Positions 9,256-19,737 of a stretch of 64,000 nt of DNA are shown here, one piece after another. Position 1 is the stretch's first letter. Each line of letters opens with the position of its first letter. The stretch spans positions 416,001 to 480,000 of the forward strand of contig JBGAHS010000001.1 of the NCBI GenBank assembly GCA_044226015.1, in the 5' to 3' direction. The notes beneath the pieces are model-generated. The model did no database searches and was not told where the DNA came from. It saw nothing but the letters and a program-made list of their open reading frames with translations. A program made the position numbers and the translations under genes. This DNA comes from Candidatus Obscuribacteraceae bacterium. GTDB taxonomy: Bacteria > Cyanobacteriota > Vampirovibrionia > Obscuribacterales > Obscuribacteraceae.

Positions 9256-10680
9256 TTATAGGAAGTGCAAAACAATAGCCGCCACAGCGAGCATTACGCT
9301 GAAGGAAATTGCCATCTTCGATGCAAATGCGGGGCTTCCAGAGGAGTAAGCTATACCCGTTTTGAACACGGCGTTCATGCATACGGCTAAGAGAACAGAG
9401 CCAACTGCTCTGTCCGGCACAATTTGTCCACCGCGAAACAAGTCTGCCGCTGACACAGCAATTGCATCCACGTCAACGAGTCCACCGATGATACTGGTCC
9501 AGATTAAGCCATTTGCCCCAAGGGTGGTGACAACAACCTTATTGATGAAAATTACAATTGCTAAGACTAATCCGCATTTTAGAGCTGGTCCGAGCGTAAG
9601 TGGGTTGCGCATTTTGAATGCTTCGGAATCTGTCAGCGATTGCACTGCTGAAATTTTCATTGTGTTGCTTTTGCGCGGAGAGAAAGCTGCGTCCGCTTTG
9701 CTTGTAGAGACCGGTGCGGCTTCCTTATTTGCCTCAGTTGTCGTAGCAAGCAGGCTCTTTTGTTCAGATTCACCTGCAGTTGCTTCAATCTGCCCGTTTT
9801 CCAAGGGAGGCGTTTTGTCAGTTTCCTTTGCCGGAATCAAGAAGGCCATAATAATTCCAGCTGCGCCTGCGGCTAATAGTGGGGCGGCAGCATCAGCGGA
9901 TATTTGCGGGCTGATGGCTGAAAGAAACGCGAACAATCGTGGAAATTGAATTGCGTTTGCCAGCGTGCCAGCTTGCCAAAAAGTGTTTAGTTTGTGCGGA
10001 TTTTCACGCGCTTCTTTCGAGAGTGAGAGCGTGGTGGCAGTAGTTGATGCAATTCCACCCAGTACGGCTTCTACCTTGAGCCCACTTGAAGAACCCATGT
10101 ATTTTTCAAGGAAGTATCCACCGAATGAAACGAAAGACACAAGAATTACAAACATCCAAATGTCACGCGGGCTGAATCCGTCGTATGGCCCATAATTACC
10201 TTCTGGCAAAATCGGATAGATTATGAAAACCAGTGCTAGAAAAAGGAGCGTGCCGGAAAATTCCTCTCGCGTTAATCCTTCGCTGAAAAATTTGCGGACC
10301 TTGTCTTTTGATTCAAGCAAGAAAGTGACAGCTACGGCAATGCCAATCACAGCAGCGCGAGCATTTTCTGATTCGCTCAAAGCGCAGATGTGGGACAAGC
10401 AAAAGACTGTAAGCATTGAGAGATCTGTTGTAAACCCTGACTCCTCGCCATTATTTCGAAATCGAAACGCAAGTAGTAAGAGAACCACCGTCACCAGAGC
10501 CACTGCTGATAAAGCTGGACTGTGTTGCAATCCGCATGCCGCAGCGGCCGCTGAGCACAGCACAAACTCTCGAATTCCTATGTTAGGCGAATTCTTTGCG
10601 TGCTCTCTCTGAGCCCCTACAAGAACGCCAATCATTATTGCTTCGGAAGCCGGCAGCCAGAATAAACGTGGATCAAGCAT
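9256..10680 (-). CDS. MgtC/SapB family membrane protein with DUF4010 domain
   Basis: IGVLVGAQRE...GIREF, GFTTD, LGGIASTTATT and GLVDVDA motifs; many TM helices. Confidence 0.85.
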   Translation of the reverse strand: MLDPRLFWLPASEAIMIGVLVGAQREHAKNSPNIGIREFVLCSAAAAACGLQHSPALSAVALVTVVLLLLAFRFRNNGEESGFTTDLSMLTVFCLSHICALSESENARAAVIGIAVAVTFLLESKDKVRKFFSEGLTREEFSGTLLFLALVFIIYPILPEGNYGPYDGFSPRDIWMFVILVSFVSFGGYFLEKYMGSSSGLKVEAVLGGIASTTATTLSLSKEARENPHKLNTFWQAGTLANAIQFPRLFAFLSAISPQISADAAAPLLAAGAAGIIMAFLIPAKETDKTPPLENGQIEATAGESEQKSLLATTTEANKEAAPVSTSKADAAFSPRKSNTMKISAVQSLTDSEAFKMRNPLTLGPALKCGLVLAIVIFINKVVVTTLGANGLIWTSIIGGLVDVDAIAVSAADLFRGGQIVPDRAVGSVLLAVCMNAVFKTGIAYSSGSPAFASKMAISFSVMLAVAAIVLHFL

Positions 10681-10869
10681 GTCTGATAAAGCGGTAAACC
10701 AAGTGTCAACAAGGCTTTTGTGCCCTTTTTTTCAAAACTCAAAGCGGGCTAAGCAGATTTGTTAGCTTAATCGTGAATCTTCAACCAGGAACTTACTCAG
10801 CTTATGTGTAAGTGCCAATCTTGAGCACTTATGCTATCCTGATTCGACCGTTTTCTGTAGGTCAAAAAA

Positions 10870-11652
10870 ATGCGCGCAGATTCTTCGACAGTGGCTCCGG
10901 CTCTGAAAGCTCTTCTTGATACATTTGTTGATTACGCTGGCATTTTTCCGCCTGCAGCGCTGACTCTGCCCATTGCCCTGGAGAATTTTCAACGATATGA
11001 AGGTGAAAGTCATGCGTGGATGTTGCGATACCTTGTAGTTAATGCAAGTAACCTTGATGACATCCCTGAGGAATATAATGGGCGACTCTCTGTGATTTCA
11101 GATCGAGATAATAATCGCGCTGCAACCATCGAGAGTAAGTCAGTATTTCTTGCTGATAGACCTGTCTACTGCGAAGTCGCTGTGAGCAATTTGCCCGAGT
11201 TGTCCAATGTGAAAAATTCTCTTTGTTACGCAAAGATTCGCACAGGTGGGCTCACTCCATCGGCGATTCCTTCGCCCAAAGAAGTTGCTGATTTCATTCT
11301 TGCTTGCGCTGAGTTGCGGCTTCCCTTCAAAGCTACTGCTGGGTTACATCACGCTTTTCGCTCGGAGCAAGCACTCACTTACGAGAAAGATTCTCCTCGG
11401 GCTGTGATGCATGGCTTTATCAATGTTTTGATGGCAGCCTCTTTTGCCTGGCATGGCGATAAGGACATTCAAGCTATCATTGAAGAGCGCGAAGCTGCAG
11501 CTTTTAGTTTTGAAAATGAAGCACGATGGAGAGATAGAGTCCTGACTGTCGAGCAAGTTCATGAAGCACGTCAGCTCTTCATTCACTCAGTTGGTTCATG
11601 TTCTTTTGAAGAACCTGTTGCTGAATTGCAGGAGTTTTGCTTAATCGATTAA
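10870..11652 (+). CDS. Conserved hypothetical protein (DYAGIFPPA / KIRTGG / FKATAGLHH family)
   Basis: Enzyme-like motifs DYAGxFPPA, KxRTGG, FKxTAGLHH, HGFxN and GSCSFxEP. Confidence 0.7.
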   Translation: MRADSSTVAPALKALLDTFVDYAGIFPPAALTLPIALENFQRYEGESHAWMLRYLVVNASNLDDIPEEYNGRLSVISDRDNNRAATIESKSVFLADRPVYCEVAVSNLPELSNVKNSLCYAKIRTGGLTPSAIPSPKEVADFILACAELRLPFKATAGLHHAFRSEQALTYEKDSPRAVMHGFINVLMAASFAWHGDKDIQAIIEEREAAAFSFENEARWRDRVLTVEQVHEARQLFIHSVGSCSFEEPVAELQEFCLID

Positions 11653-11781
11653 GCTAGCCATCCGTCGAAGAGCTGATCGTTGCGAATTCGCCCGTCTTGA
11701 GGAAACATTTGGGTCCTCACGAAGTCCTCAGATCTGTGCGATAGGATCAAAATATCCGAAATATCGGAGTTAGGGGGAAGT

Positions 11782-12336
11782 ATGAGTCACATCCTTCATC
11801 AGATTTCTGTGTCTGCTTCAGTAGCTTTATTGATGAGTACAAGTGGCTCGTTTGCTGCAAATGCAGAAAGTGATTTGCAAACGCACCCCGCTGAAATACA
11901 AGTAGATTCTTTACCAAGTGTGACTAGAACTGTTGAAGTGCAGGCTCCAATCGAAAAAGTCTGGTCAGCTATTCAGGCTAGAAGGACTTCTGACCCTACA
12001 AAGCGCAAGTTACTTTCATATGATGGAAAAACTGCCGTAATTAAGGAGCTATTCCCCTCCATGCCGGTTATTGGAAGTTCGAATTGCACTTATTCCGAGC
12101 GAGAGCACAGTGCGGACCGATCAATTGAATATAAGATGATCAATTCAGATCATTTCAAAGCATTTCAAGGAAGTTGGCACTTGCTGCCGGGAAGAAAACC
12201 CGGTACGACGCTCGTGACATTAACCTCCACTTTGGACCCTGGAGTTCGAATTCCATTTTGGATGCAGATGGCAAAAATGAATATGTCCAGGGACGTGAAG
12301 TCGAACATACAGGAAGTTGTTACGCTGGCTAAATGA
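11782..12336 (+). CDS. SRPBCC/START-fold (polyketide cyclase-like) protein with signal peptide
   Basis: VEVQAPIEKVWSAI and IEYKMINSDHFKAFQGSWHL; GGGGG RBS upstream. Confidence 0.75.
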   Translation: MSHILHQISVSASVALLMSTSGSFAANAESDLQTHPAEIQVDSLPSVTRTVEVQAPIEKVWSAIQARRTSDPTKRKLLSYDGKTAVIKELFPSMPVIGSSNCTYSEREHSADRSIEYKMINSDHFKAFQGSWHLLPGRKPGTTLVTLTSTLDPGVRIPFWMQMAKMNMSRDVKSNIQEVVTLAK

Positions 12337-12459
12337 GAAGTGCAAGTAAAGAATGGTTTGAAGCTAAACTCTGAGTTAGTTCGAACCTAATATTCCTCGG
12401 TTAGAATAGTGCTGCTTTAAGAGATATGCACGTTCGCAGCATTCATCAGAGGGATACAA

Positions 12460-12930
12460 ATGACGCAAAAAGAGCCTTGCTTACAAGTGAAATATGCTGA
12501 GAAGAGCATTTGTTTTGGCTGTGGTCCTGCAAATAAGGACGGCTTGCACATCAGCAGCTATCCTGAGGGCGAAACTCTTGTTGCCGAATGGAACCCCGAG
12601 CCTAAGTATCAAGCTTTTCCGAATTGCTTATATGGTGGATTGGTTGCAAGCCTTTTGGACTGCCACTGCAACTGGACGGCATCATGGCATTTGATGAAGC
12701 AAAATGGATTAGACAGTCCGCCCTGCACGGTTACTGCAGAACTGAACGTCAAGTTTTTGAAACCAACTCCTGCGGACAAGCCAGTGAGAATGGTGGCACG
12801 TGTCATTAAATCTAAGGAGCGCAGCGCCAGTGTTGAGGGAGAGCTTCTCTCCGGTGATGAAGTCTGCGCGACTTGTAGCGCTGTATTTGTAGCAGTCAAA
12901 GAAGGGCATCCTGCTTTTCACCGCTGGTAG
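12460..12930 (+). CDS. PaaI family (hotdog-fold) thioesterase
   Basis: CFGCGPANxxGL, YGGLVASLLDCH, VTAELNVKFLKPTP. Confidence 0.9.
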   Translation: MTQKEPCLQVKYAEKSICFGCGPANKDGLHISSYPEGETLVAEWNPEPKYQAFPNCLYGGLVASLLDCHCNWTASWHLMKQNGLDSPPCTVTAELNVKFLKPTPADKPVRMVARVIKSKERSASVEGELLSGDEVCATCSAVFVAVKEGHPAFHRW

Positions 12931-12935
12931 TGGCA

Positions 12936-13910
12936 CTAGCTGTTTGTTGAGTTTATGTGATGCTTTAACTCTTCGCGCAGCCTTTTGTTAAGGTCGTTGA
13001 TTGAAGAATAGATCAAGCATCGCTGTCCTTTCACATCAAATTTGAGCTCATCCGGATTCCGTGTCAGGAGAATTGCGGGCACTTTCGTTCCCCAAGCATA
13101 GCCGACCTCCAGATATACATTTGGATTTGAACCGGTCAAATCGGCAATAACAAACCTTGCACTTGCAATTCTTGATTTGATCCTGTCAACTATGTCACCT
13201 GTGAATAGATCCATGTCGACACGTTCGCATAAGAGTCCCGCATCCTGAACTGGACCCTGTATTCCGAAAATGTAAGTGTCTTCGAAGTCGGGGCTGAATG
13301 GCATGGCGACGAAAACGTGCGGCTTTTCAGCGGCAAGCCCCGCGCTTGCTACTGGCTCTGTCATGCTAAGAGTTGTTCGTTGTGATATTGAGGGAAAATA
13401 GTTTTCGTTCAGTATTTTTCGCAGGCGTTCTACCCTGCCAGTATTTTTTTCTACAAAAACTATTTCTTGAAGACTGGGTAGCAGTTCCTCGATAGCAAGA
13501 GCTTCCAGTACTCCTGCCAGTTGGGCAAGGAAAGACTCTTTTTCATCAAAGCCGATGTGAATGCCATGCAAGGTCATTGCTACCGTTTTTGCATTGCTGG
13601 CAGAAAGCTGCAGATGTGTCAGAGAATTTCGAGCAAATTCTCTTATGCGAGAATAGGACAACTCTCGTAGCGGTGCTACGCCTTCGAAAAGAACAAGTTT
13701 CGCGGCCAACTTGTCTTCACCAGGAACCAGCTTAAAGCTGCCTGGAGTAACGAACCCCTTAAAGTCAAAGATGTGGCCCAGTCCAAGTGCGCTGGCTACC
13801 GCGAGATCAGCTCCATGCCAAGCTTGTGCGTATTTGAGAATCAACGCGTCGCAAGAATACTTCAGTACGTTTTCGTTTACAATTCTAATTTGTAGATTTT
13901 GACGCGACAT
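12936..13910 (-). CDS. Macro-domain + TIR-like/nucleoside 2-deoxyribosyltransferase-like fusion protein
   Basis: N-terminal IRIVNENVLKYSCDALI...GADLAV...TVAMTLHG is Macro-like; C-terminal VFVAMPF...RVD...IADLTGSNPNVYLEVGYAWG...FDV is NDT/TIR-like. Confidence 0.7.
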   Translation of the reverse strand: MSRQNLQIRIVNENVLKYSCDALILKYAQAWHGADLAVASALGLGHIFDFKGFVTPGSFKLVPGEDKLAAKLVLFEGVAPLRELSYSRIREFARNSLTHLQLSASNAKTVAMTLHGIHIGFDEKESFLAQLAGVLEALAIEELLPSLQEIVFVEKNTGRVERLRKILNENYFPSISQRTTLSMTEPVASAGLAAEKPHVFVAMPFSPDFEDTYIFGIQGPVQDAGLLCERVDMDLFTGDIVDRIKSRIASARFVIADLTGSNPNVYLEVGYAWGTKVPAILLTRNPDELKFDVKGQRCLIYSSINDLNKRLREELKHHINSTNS

Positions 13911-14018
13911 TCACTGCTCCATGGTTCATGCGATGATTGACAGTGCTATTCTAATCGGTTCCAAGTTTCCAAAACAACACCCGATGACAATATTGACAAA
14001 GGCGGAGAATAGTTAGAT

Positions 14019-15161
14019 ATGCCTGTGGCTTTGATTATTGGCGGCGGAATTTGCGGATTGGCTTGCGCGCATGCTCTTATGAAGGCAGGAGTCGATTTCT
14101 TGCTATTTGAGCGAGCAAGCGAACTCAGAGAAGTTGGCGCCGGGTTGACATTATGGTCGAATGGCATTAAAGCCCTGTCTAAAATTTCGCTGGCGGAGGC
14201 AGCTATAGCCGCCGGGCAGAATTGCAAGCACTTTGAGTTTATAACTCAGCGCGGAATCAGTCTGGGTCAAGTTGATATGAACTCACTCTCCGCATTGGCT
14301 GGTCATCCCAGTATTTCTATTCATCGAATGAGACTCATGCAGGTACTGGTGAGTCAAATTGATTATTCTCGTGTACATCTGTCGCATGAATTTGAGTCGT
14401 TTGTTCGAACTGAAGATGGAATAACTGTCAATTTTACTAATGGCAGCAGTTATACAGGCGATTATATTTTGGCTTGTGATGGGTTTCATTCCAGGCTACG
14501 TCAATGGATGCATCCGCAATCGGCTCAGAAGTATGCTGGCTACACCTGTTTTCGAGGTGTGACGAGTGTGCCACCAAATCTGGTGCCGAGCGGAGCTGTC
14601 TTGCATTACCTTGGAAATGGGAGTCAGATTGGTCTGCTCGATGTGGGACAGCAACAGCTTTGTTGGTATGTTACTGCCAATGCAAAAGAAGGTAGCCAAA
14701 TCTTCGGGGAAGAGCGCAAGAATGCTGTCTTAGAGTCTGTGAAAGACTACCCTGAGGAAGTGAGGTCGGCTATAAATCTGACTAAGGCAGAAGCAATTTT
14801 GCTCAACGACATTTACGATAGAGACCCGGTGAGCAAATGGGTTTCTGACAGAGTCTTATTGATGGGAGACGCCGCTCACCCGACCACGCCAAATTTGGGG
14901 CAGGGGGCATGCATGGCGGTAGAAGATGCTGTGGTGCTTGGCGAGTGCCTCGCTTCAAACTCAAATTATTCCGATGCATTCTCAAAATTTACTAGTATGA
15001 GGCAAGCACGCACAGCAAGAATAGTGCTAAGTTCCAGGAAAATCGGGTTTGTGTCGCAATTGGAAAATCCTTTTGCACGAATGTTTCGAGATGAATCAAT
15101 CAAACTCTCTGTAAAGTTCAATGCGCTTTCTGATTTGACATACGCGCTAACTGGTTTTTGA
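14019..15161 (+). CDS. FAD-dependent monooxygenase (UbiH/salicylate hydroxylase-like)
   Basis: IIGGGICGL, DGFHS and GDAAHPTTPNLGQGACMAVEDA fingerprints. Confidence 0.92.
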   Translation: MPVALIIGGGICGLACAHALMKAGVDFLLFERASELREVGAGLTLWSNGIKALSKISLAEAAIAAGQNCKHFEFITQRGISLGQVDMNSLSALAGHPSISIHRMRLMQVLVSQIDYSRVHLSHEFESFVRTEDGITVNFTNGSSYTGDYILACDGFHSRLRQWMHPQSAQKYAGYTCFRGVTSVPPNLVPSGAVLHYLGNGSQIGLLDVGQQQLCWYVTANAKEGSQIFGEERKNAVLESVKDYPEEVRSAINLTKAEAILLNDIYDRDPVSKWVSDRVLLMGDAAHPTTPNLGQGACMAVEDAVVLGECLASNSNYSDAFSKFTSMRQARTARIVLSSRKIGFVSQLENPFARMFRDESIKLSVKFNALSDLTYALTGF

Positions 15162-15162
15162 A

Positions 15163-15441
15163 TCAACCTTTGAACTCGAATTCTTGTAGCATTCTTTCTG
15201 TCTTAGCTTCTGAAACGCGGTTTATGAGTTTCTTTGCTTCATGATTATCCCTGACTGTTTTTGAGAGCGTGAAACAAGTTCCCATGCAGAAAATGGATCC
15301 CATCGCCATATATCCCTTGACCCAAAACTCCACAGGGAGATTATAGATTCCAATAATGTTAGCGCTCACTGCGAGCCCGAAGCTGATCCAGACGAATGCC
15401 ATCCATCCTTGGCTGTTTTCGCTAAGTTGTGGTCCGTTCAT
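15163..15441 (-). CDS. YiaA/YiaB family two-helix membrane protein
   Basis: WISFGLA...GIYNLPVEFWVKGYMAMG...FTLSKTVRDNHEA. Confidence 0.85.
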   Translation of the reverse strand: MNGPQLSENSQGWMAFVWISFGLAVSANIIGIYNLPVEFWVKGYMAMGSIFCMGTCFTLSKTVRDNHEAKKLINRVSEAKTERMLQEFEFKG

Positions 15442-15564
15442 TGATTTATCCTCATAACAACGCAGGGGAGATAAAGATGATTATGCCTGGAGCAAAATTT
15501 GTGCTGGTGGTTGTCAGAACAGTTTGCCAACTGACTGCTAGAATTTAGGAGGAAGTTTGGAGCA

Positions 15565-17028
15565 ATGATGTCGCAAGCAATTTTAGTAGCACTAATTGTT
15601 GTAATCGGTTGGCTGGTCTCCGTTTGCTTCCATGAGTTTGCGCATGCATTGGTTGCATATTTTGGTGGTGACAAATCTGTAAAGAGCAAAGGATATTTGA
15701 CTTTTAATCCTTTCGTTTACACTGACATTCGACTATCGATTATTTTGCCAACTATTTTTATTTTGCTTGGTGGCGTCGGTTTGCCCGGAGCCTCCGTGAG
15801 AATACGAGATGACTTGCTGCGTTCGCGGCTGTGGATGAGTCTCGTGTCTGCTGCGGGTCCTTTTGCAACTTTCCTGTGGATAATTGGTATGGTTCTGGTT
15901 TTGAGAGCCGGAGTTTTGTCCACAACATGGGTGCTTGCTTTTGCGTATCTACTAAGTTTAGAAATTTTTGTTCTGATTTTGAATTTGCTTCCAGTGCCAG
16001 GACTCGATGGATTTGGAATCATCGAGCCGTTTTTTAGCCCTGCGTTGCGCGAGAAAGTTAAGCCATGGTACAGGTATGGATTTGCAATTCTGATTTTGAT
16101 GCTCTGGGTTATTCCTGGTCCGAACATGTTTTTATGGATTACAACCGGAGTCATAATTTCGTTGCTGGGTGTTCCTTACATGCTGGTTGATCAAGGTAGT
16201 ACTCTGTATGAGAAGGGATGCGCTCCGGTTGCTGGAGTTGCACTTGTCGCTGCTGCTGGCTTCTATTTCTTGAACAAGAAATTGAATTGGTACAACCAGG
16301 GAATGCGCTTGCTCACCCGAGGTGACTGTCTTGAGTGTATTGCTCTGACGGATAAAGTTCTCGCGAAAAAGCCTGATGCGCGTGCTTATCGATTGCAGGC
16401 TTTAGCGTATGCAGAGCTTTGCGAGAAATCGAAGTCCGACAACAATGTAGCTGATATGAGAGAGTCATTTGCGCTTAAAGCTCATGAAGCCATAGACAAG
16501 GCGATTGCAGCTTCGGAAGAGCCTCGAGAGTTTCTACTGGACAAGGCGTTCATTTGTCATCAAATTGGGATGCTTGACGAAGCTGAACTTGCTTACAAGC
16601 AGTGTTGGGAATTTAGTAAAGGAAACGTCTATTGTGCTAACAATTACTGTGAGGTTCTGAAGTCTCGTGGAGCCTTTGATGAGGCTCTCCAGGTCGTGGA
16701 AGAAGCGCTGAAGGACAACCCTTCTTCAAATGAGCTGCGCTTTCAAAAGGCAATGATTCTTGCTCAATTGCATAGATTTGAGGATTCTCTGCTTTGCGCT
16801 GAGTCCTGTTTAAAAGACGGTTTTCGCGATGCCCGAGTGCTGCAGTTCCTCATGATTGTTTTGATTCTTCTCGACAAATTTGACGAAAACAGCGACCTCT
16901 ACAAAGAGTATTTGGCTAAAGCAACACCAGAAATGAAAGAAGCTCTAAGCAAAGTTAGAGCCCCTCAGGAAGATTCAAGTGCTGAAGATCTTGCCATAGA
17001 CCTCGACAAAAAGGTAAGCGAGAAATAG
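15565..17028 (+). CDS. Site-2 protease (M50) with C-terminal TPR repeats
   Basis: HEFAH zinc motif, AAGP and NLLPVPGLDG; helical TPR-like C-terminal half. Confidence 0.9.
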   Translation: MMSQAILVALIVVIGWLVSVCFHEFAHALVAYFGGDKSVKSKGYLTFNPFVYTDIRLSIILPTIFILLGGVGLPGASVRIRDDLLRSRLWMSLVSAAGPFATFLWIIGMVLVLRAGVLSTTWVLAFAYLLSLEIFVLILNLLPVPGLDGFGIIEPFFSPALREKVKPWYRYGFAILILMLWVIPGPNMFLWITTGVIISLLGVPYMLVDQGSTLYEKGCAPVAGVALVAAAGFYFLNKKLNWYNQGMRLLTRGDCLECIALTDKVLAKKPDARAYRLQALAYAELCEKSKSDNNVADMRESFALKAHEAIDKAIAASEEPREFLLDKAFICHQIGMLDEAELAYKQCWEFSKGNVYCANNYCEVLKSRGAFDEALQVVEEALKDNPSSNELRFQKAMILAQLHRFEDSLLCAESCLKDGFRDARVLQFLMIVLILLDKFDENSDLYKEYLAKATPEMKEALSKVRAPQEDSSAEDLAIDLDKKVSEK

Positions 17029-17030
17029 CG

Positions 17031-17897
17031 CTATTTTCTATTTTGCTTCATCTCGTCAATGACAGTCTTGTCTATCGGGGTGGCTATAGATGTGAATGGA
17101 CTCGTTTCGATATCTACAACGCCAATTGCTTTTCCAGTGTTATCGAGCACCACGCCTCCAGAAAAGCCAGTTCTAACAGGTAGCGTCATTGATAAAATGG
17201 GGCGTTCTGGATCTTCGCCATCTAGCGGTTTGATTACACGATTCAGTTCCTTTCTTAGCATCACCCGATCGGCTGTTCCCTCGGCGGTGTAAACGGTATG
17301 CGAGGTGTAAGGCTGCCCAAAAGCCACAACTGGAGGATTTCCCTCAGGGTTAAGTTGGCGGTCTGCTATTGCAATTGGTTTGATGAGTTTTGTTTTTTCT
17401 CCTGTGTCAATTTCAACTAGAGCCAGGTCTCTTGAAGGGTCAGCTGCAACAACTTTTCCTTGGACAACTTCGCCATCTGAAAGAACTACTTTTGTGTCAG
17501 ACACAGAAACTTTTTTGTCCATTCCGGTGCCAGCCACAACATGATTATCTGTAACTACAAGACTTTTACCGTTTTCGGCTTCAATTATGAATCCGCTTCC
17601 GCCCCATTTCATTTCTTTGCCTGAATCGGGTCCGCTCTCTGTGTTGCCTTTCATTTGAAAGTACACTACCGAAGGTCGTGCGTCTTTGTATAACTGCAAT
17701 ACGTCGATGTTGCTGCTGGCGCCAGACGAATCTGGTCCGTAGTTTTGCAAGTCACATCCAGCGGAGAATGGTCCCCGAGTCAGAACAAGGAGTTGTTCAT
17801 CATTTGGTTGCACCTGGCATGTTTTGCCGTAGAAGTCTTTTGCTTCGTCGTTGATTGGAAGGGCTTGGTTTGCGATTGCATTATCCATTTTTGTCAA
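17031..17897 (-). CDS. Trypsin-like serine protease (S1C-like, no PDZ)
   Basis: GSGFII, TDNHVV (His), RDLAL (Asp), GFSGG (Ser). Confidence 0.88.
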   Translation of the reverse strand: MTKMDNAIANQALPINDEAKDFYGKTCQVQPNDEQLLVLTRGPFSAGCDLQNYGPDSSGASSNIDVLQLYKDARPSVVYFQMKGNTESGPDSGKEMKWGGSGFIIEAENGKSLVVTDNHVVAGTGMDKKVSVSDTKVVLSDGEVVQGKVVAADPSRDLALVEIDTGEKTKLIKPIAIADRQLNPEGNPPVVAFGQPYTSHTVYTAEGTADRVMLRKELNRVIKPLDGEDPERPILSMTLPVRTGFSGGVVLDNTGKAIGVVDIETSPFTSIATPIDKTVIDEMKQNRK

Positions 17898-19257
17898 TTC
17901 TCCTCTGTTCTTCCACGTCTTGCCATGCGGCTTCTAGCTGTTCGTCGATTTTTGTTTTTGCATCATCTTCAACAATTTTGTCTGGTGTAATTCCTTTTCC
18001 GTTTATGTCTCGACCGGCTGGAGTTAGGTATTTTAGTGCCGTAATCTTGAGAATTCCGCCCGATGGCAAATGCTCAGTTCTGTAGCCAACGCCTTTGCCG
18101 AAGGTTTGGGTACCGATGATGGTGGCGCGATGATTGTCTTGCATTGAGCCTGTAAATACCTCAGATGCACTCACGCTTGATCCATTTACCAGCACCGCCA
18201 TTTTGATGTGTTTGAGTTCTTCGACCAGCTGCCTATCAACTGCGCGATGATTTATTCGAAGTTCATCCAGCGGAACGACTTTATTGCGTTGTACTTTCAT
18301 TGCGCTGAAATTAGACGGGTCATTGGCTCGAACATAACTGGTGGCAATTTCCATGTTGTCGTCAGGCAAGAACATAGAGCTGAGATTTACTGCATTTGGA
18401 AAGTCTCCTCCGGGGTCGTTTCGAAGGTCTAAGATTAAGCCGTTGAGTCCATTCTTAGTTTGTTGCTTCAGCTCTTTAATTTTCGCGAGTAGATTTTCAA
18501 GCTTAATTTCGCCATTGAAGTCAGGCAATCTTACGTGGGCGATGTCGTCTCTTAATAGATCACCCTCAACAACAGGCTCTGGCGTTTTTGCCAGGGTTAG
18601 TTTTGTAGTGTGGACTTGTCCCTTTCGCTCATATTCGATTTCAACACCATCACCAGCTTTTCCGCTTGCTAGCCTTTTCGCTTCGATGATGCTCTGATTT
18701 TTCAACGGAACACCATTTATTGAACGAAGCAAATCTCCTTCCCGAAGTTCAGATTGTTGAGCGGGCGAAGCATAATGCATGAATTCGAGTCTGTAATCTT
18801 TGCTGAAGGGAGATAGTTCCATTCCGCTGCTGAGATTTCCCTCTGATTCAAATTGATCTTTCTCTGCTTGTTCCGCCGCTGTGGAGTACTGAGTCCACTG
18901 GTTGTGAAGGCTTTGCGCCATTAACTTTAGCGCTATGTCCATGTCTTGCATTGTACAAAGTTTTGAATCAAACTTATGCTGCCATTCGTCCCAATTTTGC
19001 AATGCTGACGGTTCTATATAACTCTTTTTGATGCTGTTCCATTCGTTTTCGTAGAACATTCTCCATTGCTCCGAAGGCTCTGAGCAACTAGAAAATTCAG
19101 GGACATCCTTGCTTTTCTCGTCGCTGAGTTTGGAGGACGGCTCGGGTGCTAGTGAGTATGCATCAGCGCGGAGGATATCATTGGTCGCCGCAGAATTTTT
19201 CTGCGATGCCAAATCAGCATTGATTTGATCCACTTTCAGCCCCCTGGGCCAACTCAC
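17881..19257 (-). CDS. S41 C-terminal processing peptidase with PDZ domain
   Basis: PDZ (SPAQQSELREGDLLRSING), LILDLRNDPGG, SVSASE, TFGKG, YLTPAGRDINGKGITPD. Confidence 0.92.
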   Translation of the reverse strand: MSWPRGLKVDQINADLASQKNSAATNDILRADAYSLAPEPSSKLSDEKSKDVPEFSSCSEPSEQWRMFYENEWNSIKKSYIEPSALQNWDEWQHKFDSKLCTMQDMDIALKLMAQSLHNQWTQYSTAAEQAEKDQFESEGNLSSGMELSPFSKDYRLEFMHYASPAQQSELREGDLLRSINGVPLKNQSIIEAKRLASGKAGDGVEIEYERKGQVHTTKLTLAKTPEPVVEGDLLRDDIAHVRLPDFNGEIKLENLLAKIKELKQQTKNGLNGLILDLRNDPGGDFPNAVNLSSMFLPDDNMEIATSYVRANDPSNFSAMKVQRNKVVPLDELRINHRAVDRQLVEELKHIKMAVLVNGSSVSASEVFTGSMQDNHRATIIGTQTFGKGVGYRTEHLPSGGILKITALKYLTPAGRDINGKGITPDKIVEDDAKTKIDEQLEAAWQDVEEQRRIDKNG

Positions 19258-19737
19258 GACTACTCGCCGCTGACCGCTATCTCGAACTGTTCAACCCGCT
19301 ATGAACATAGTAATTCGATGATTTAGTAAATTACGTGCGAATGCTGTGCAAGTGTAATGGGACAAACCTCAATCGAGGCATCATGAGTCTGTGCTCGTGA
19401 TGGCAGGACTCGTTTGTGGTATTGGCTTCCTTTGACTTAAGGGGGAATCTTCCCATCTTGATTACTTGTTCGTAATCTTGGGAGTTACGTGAAGGCTTGA
19501 ATAGCAATCTTTTCCAGCGCCTTGCTTTATTAATGAAATCACATTTTTGTAGGCGTCAATTTTCATTTGTAGCTGTATACAGACAGATGGGGTTAGGCAC
19601 GGATTCAAACACGACAGCAAGCTCAGGCGGGGCGGCTGAAGGCATCAAACTAACAGAGCTATTGGATTTATTTCTGACATCACCGGGTTTATTCAGAGTC
19701 CAATAGGGTGCGATGCCAAACGAGAGGTAAACTTGTC

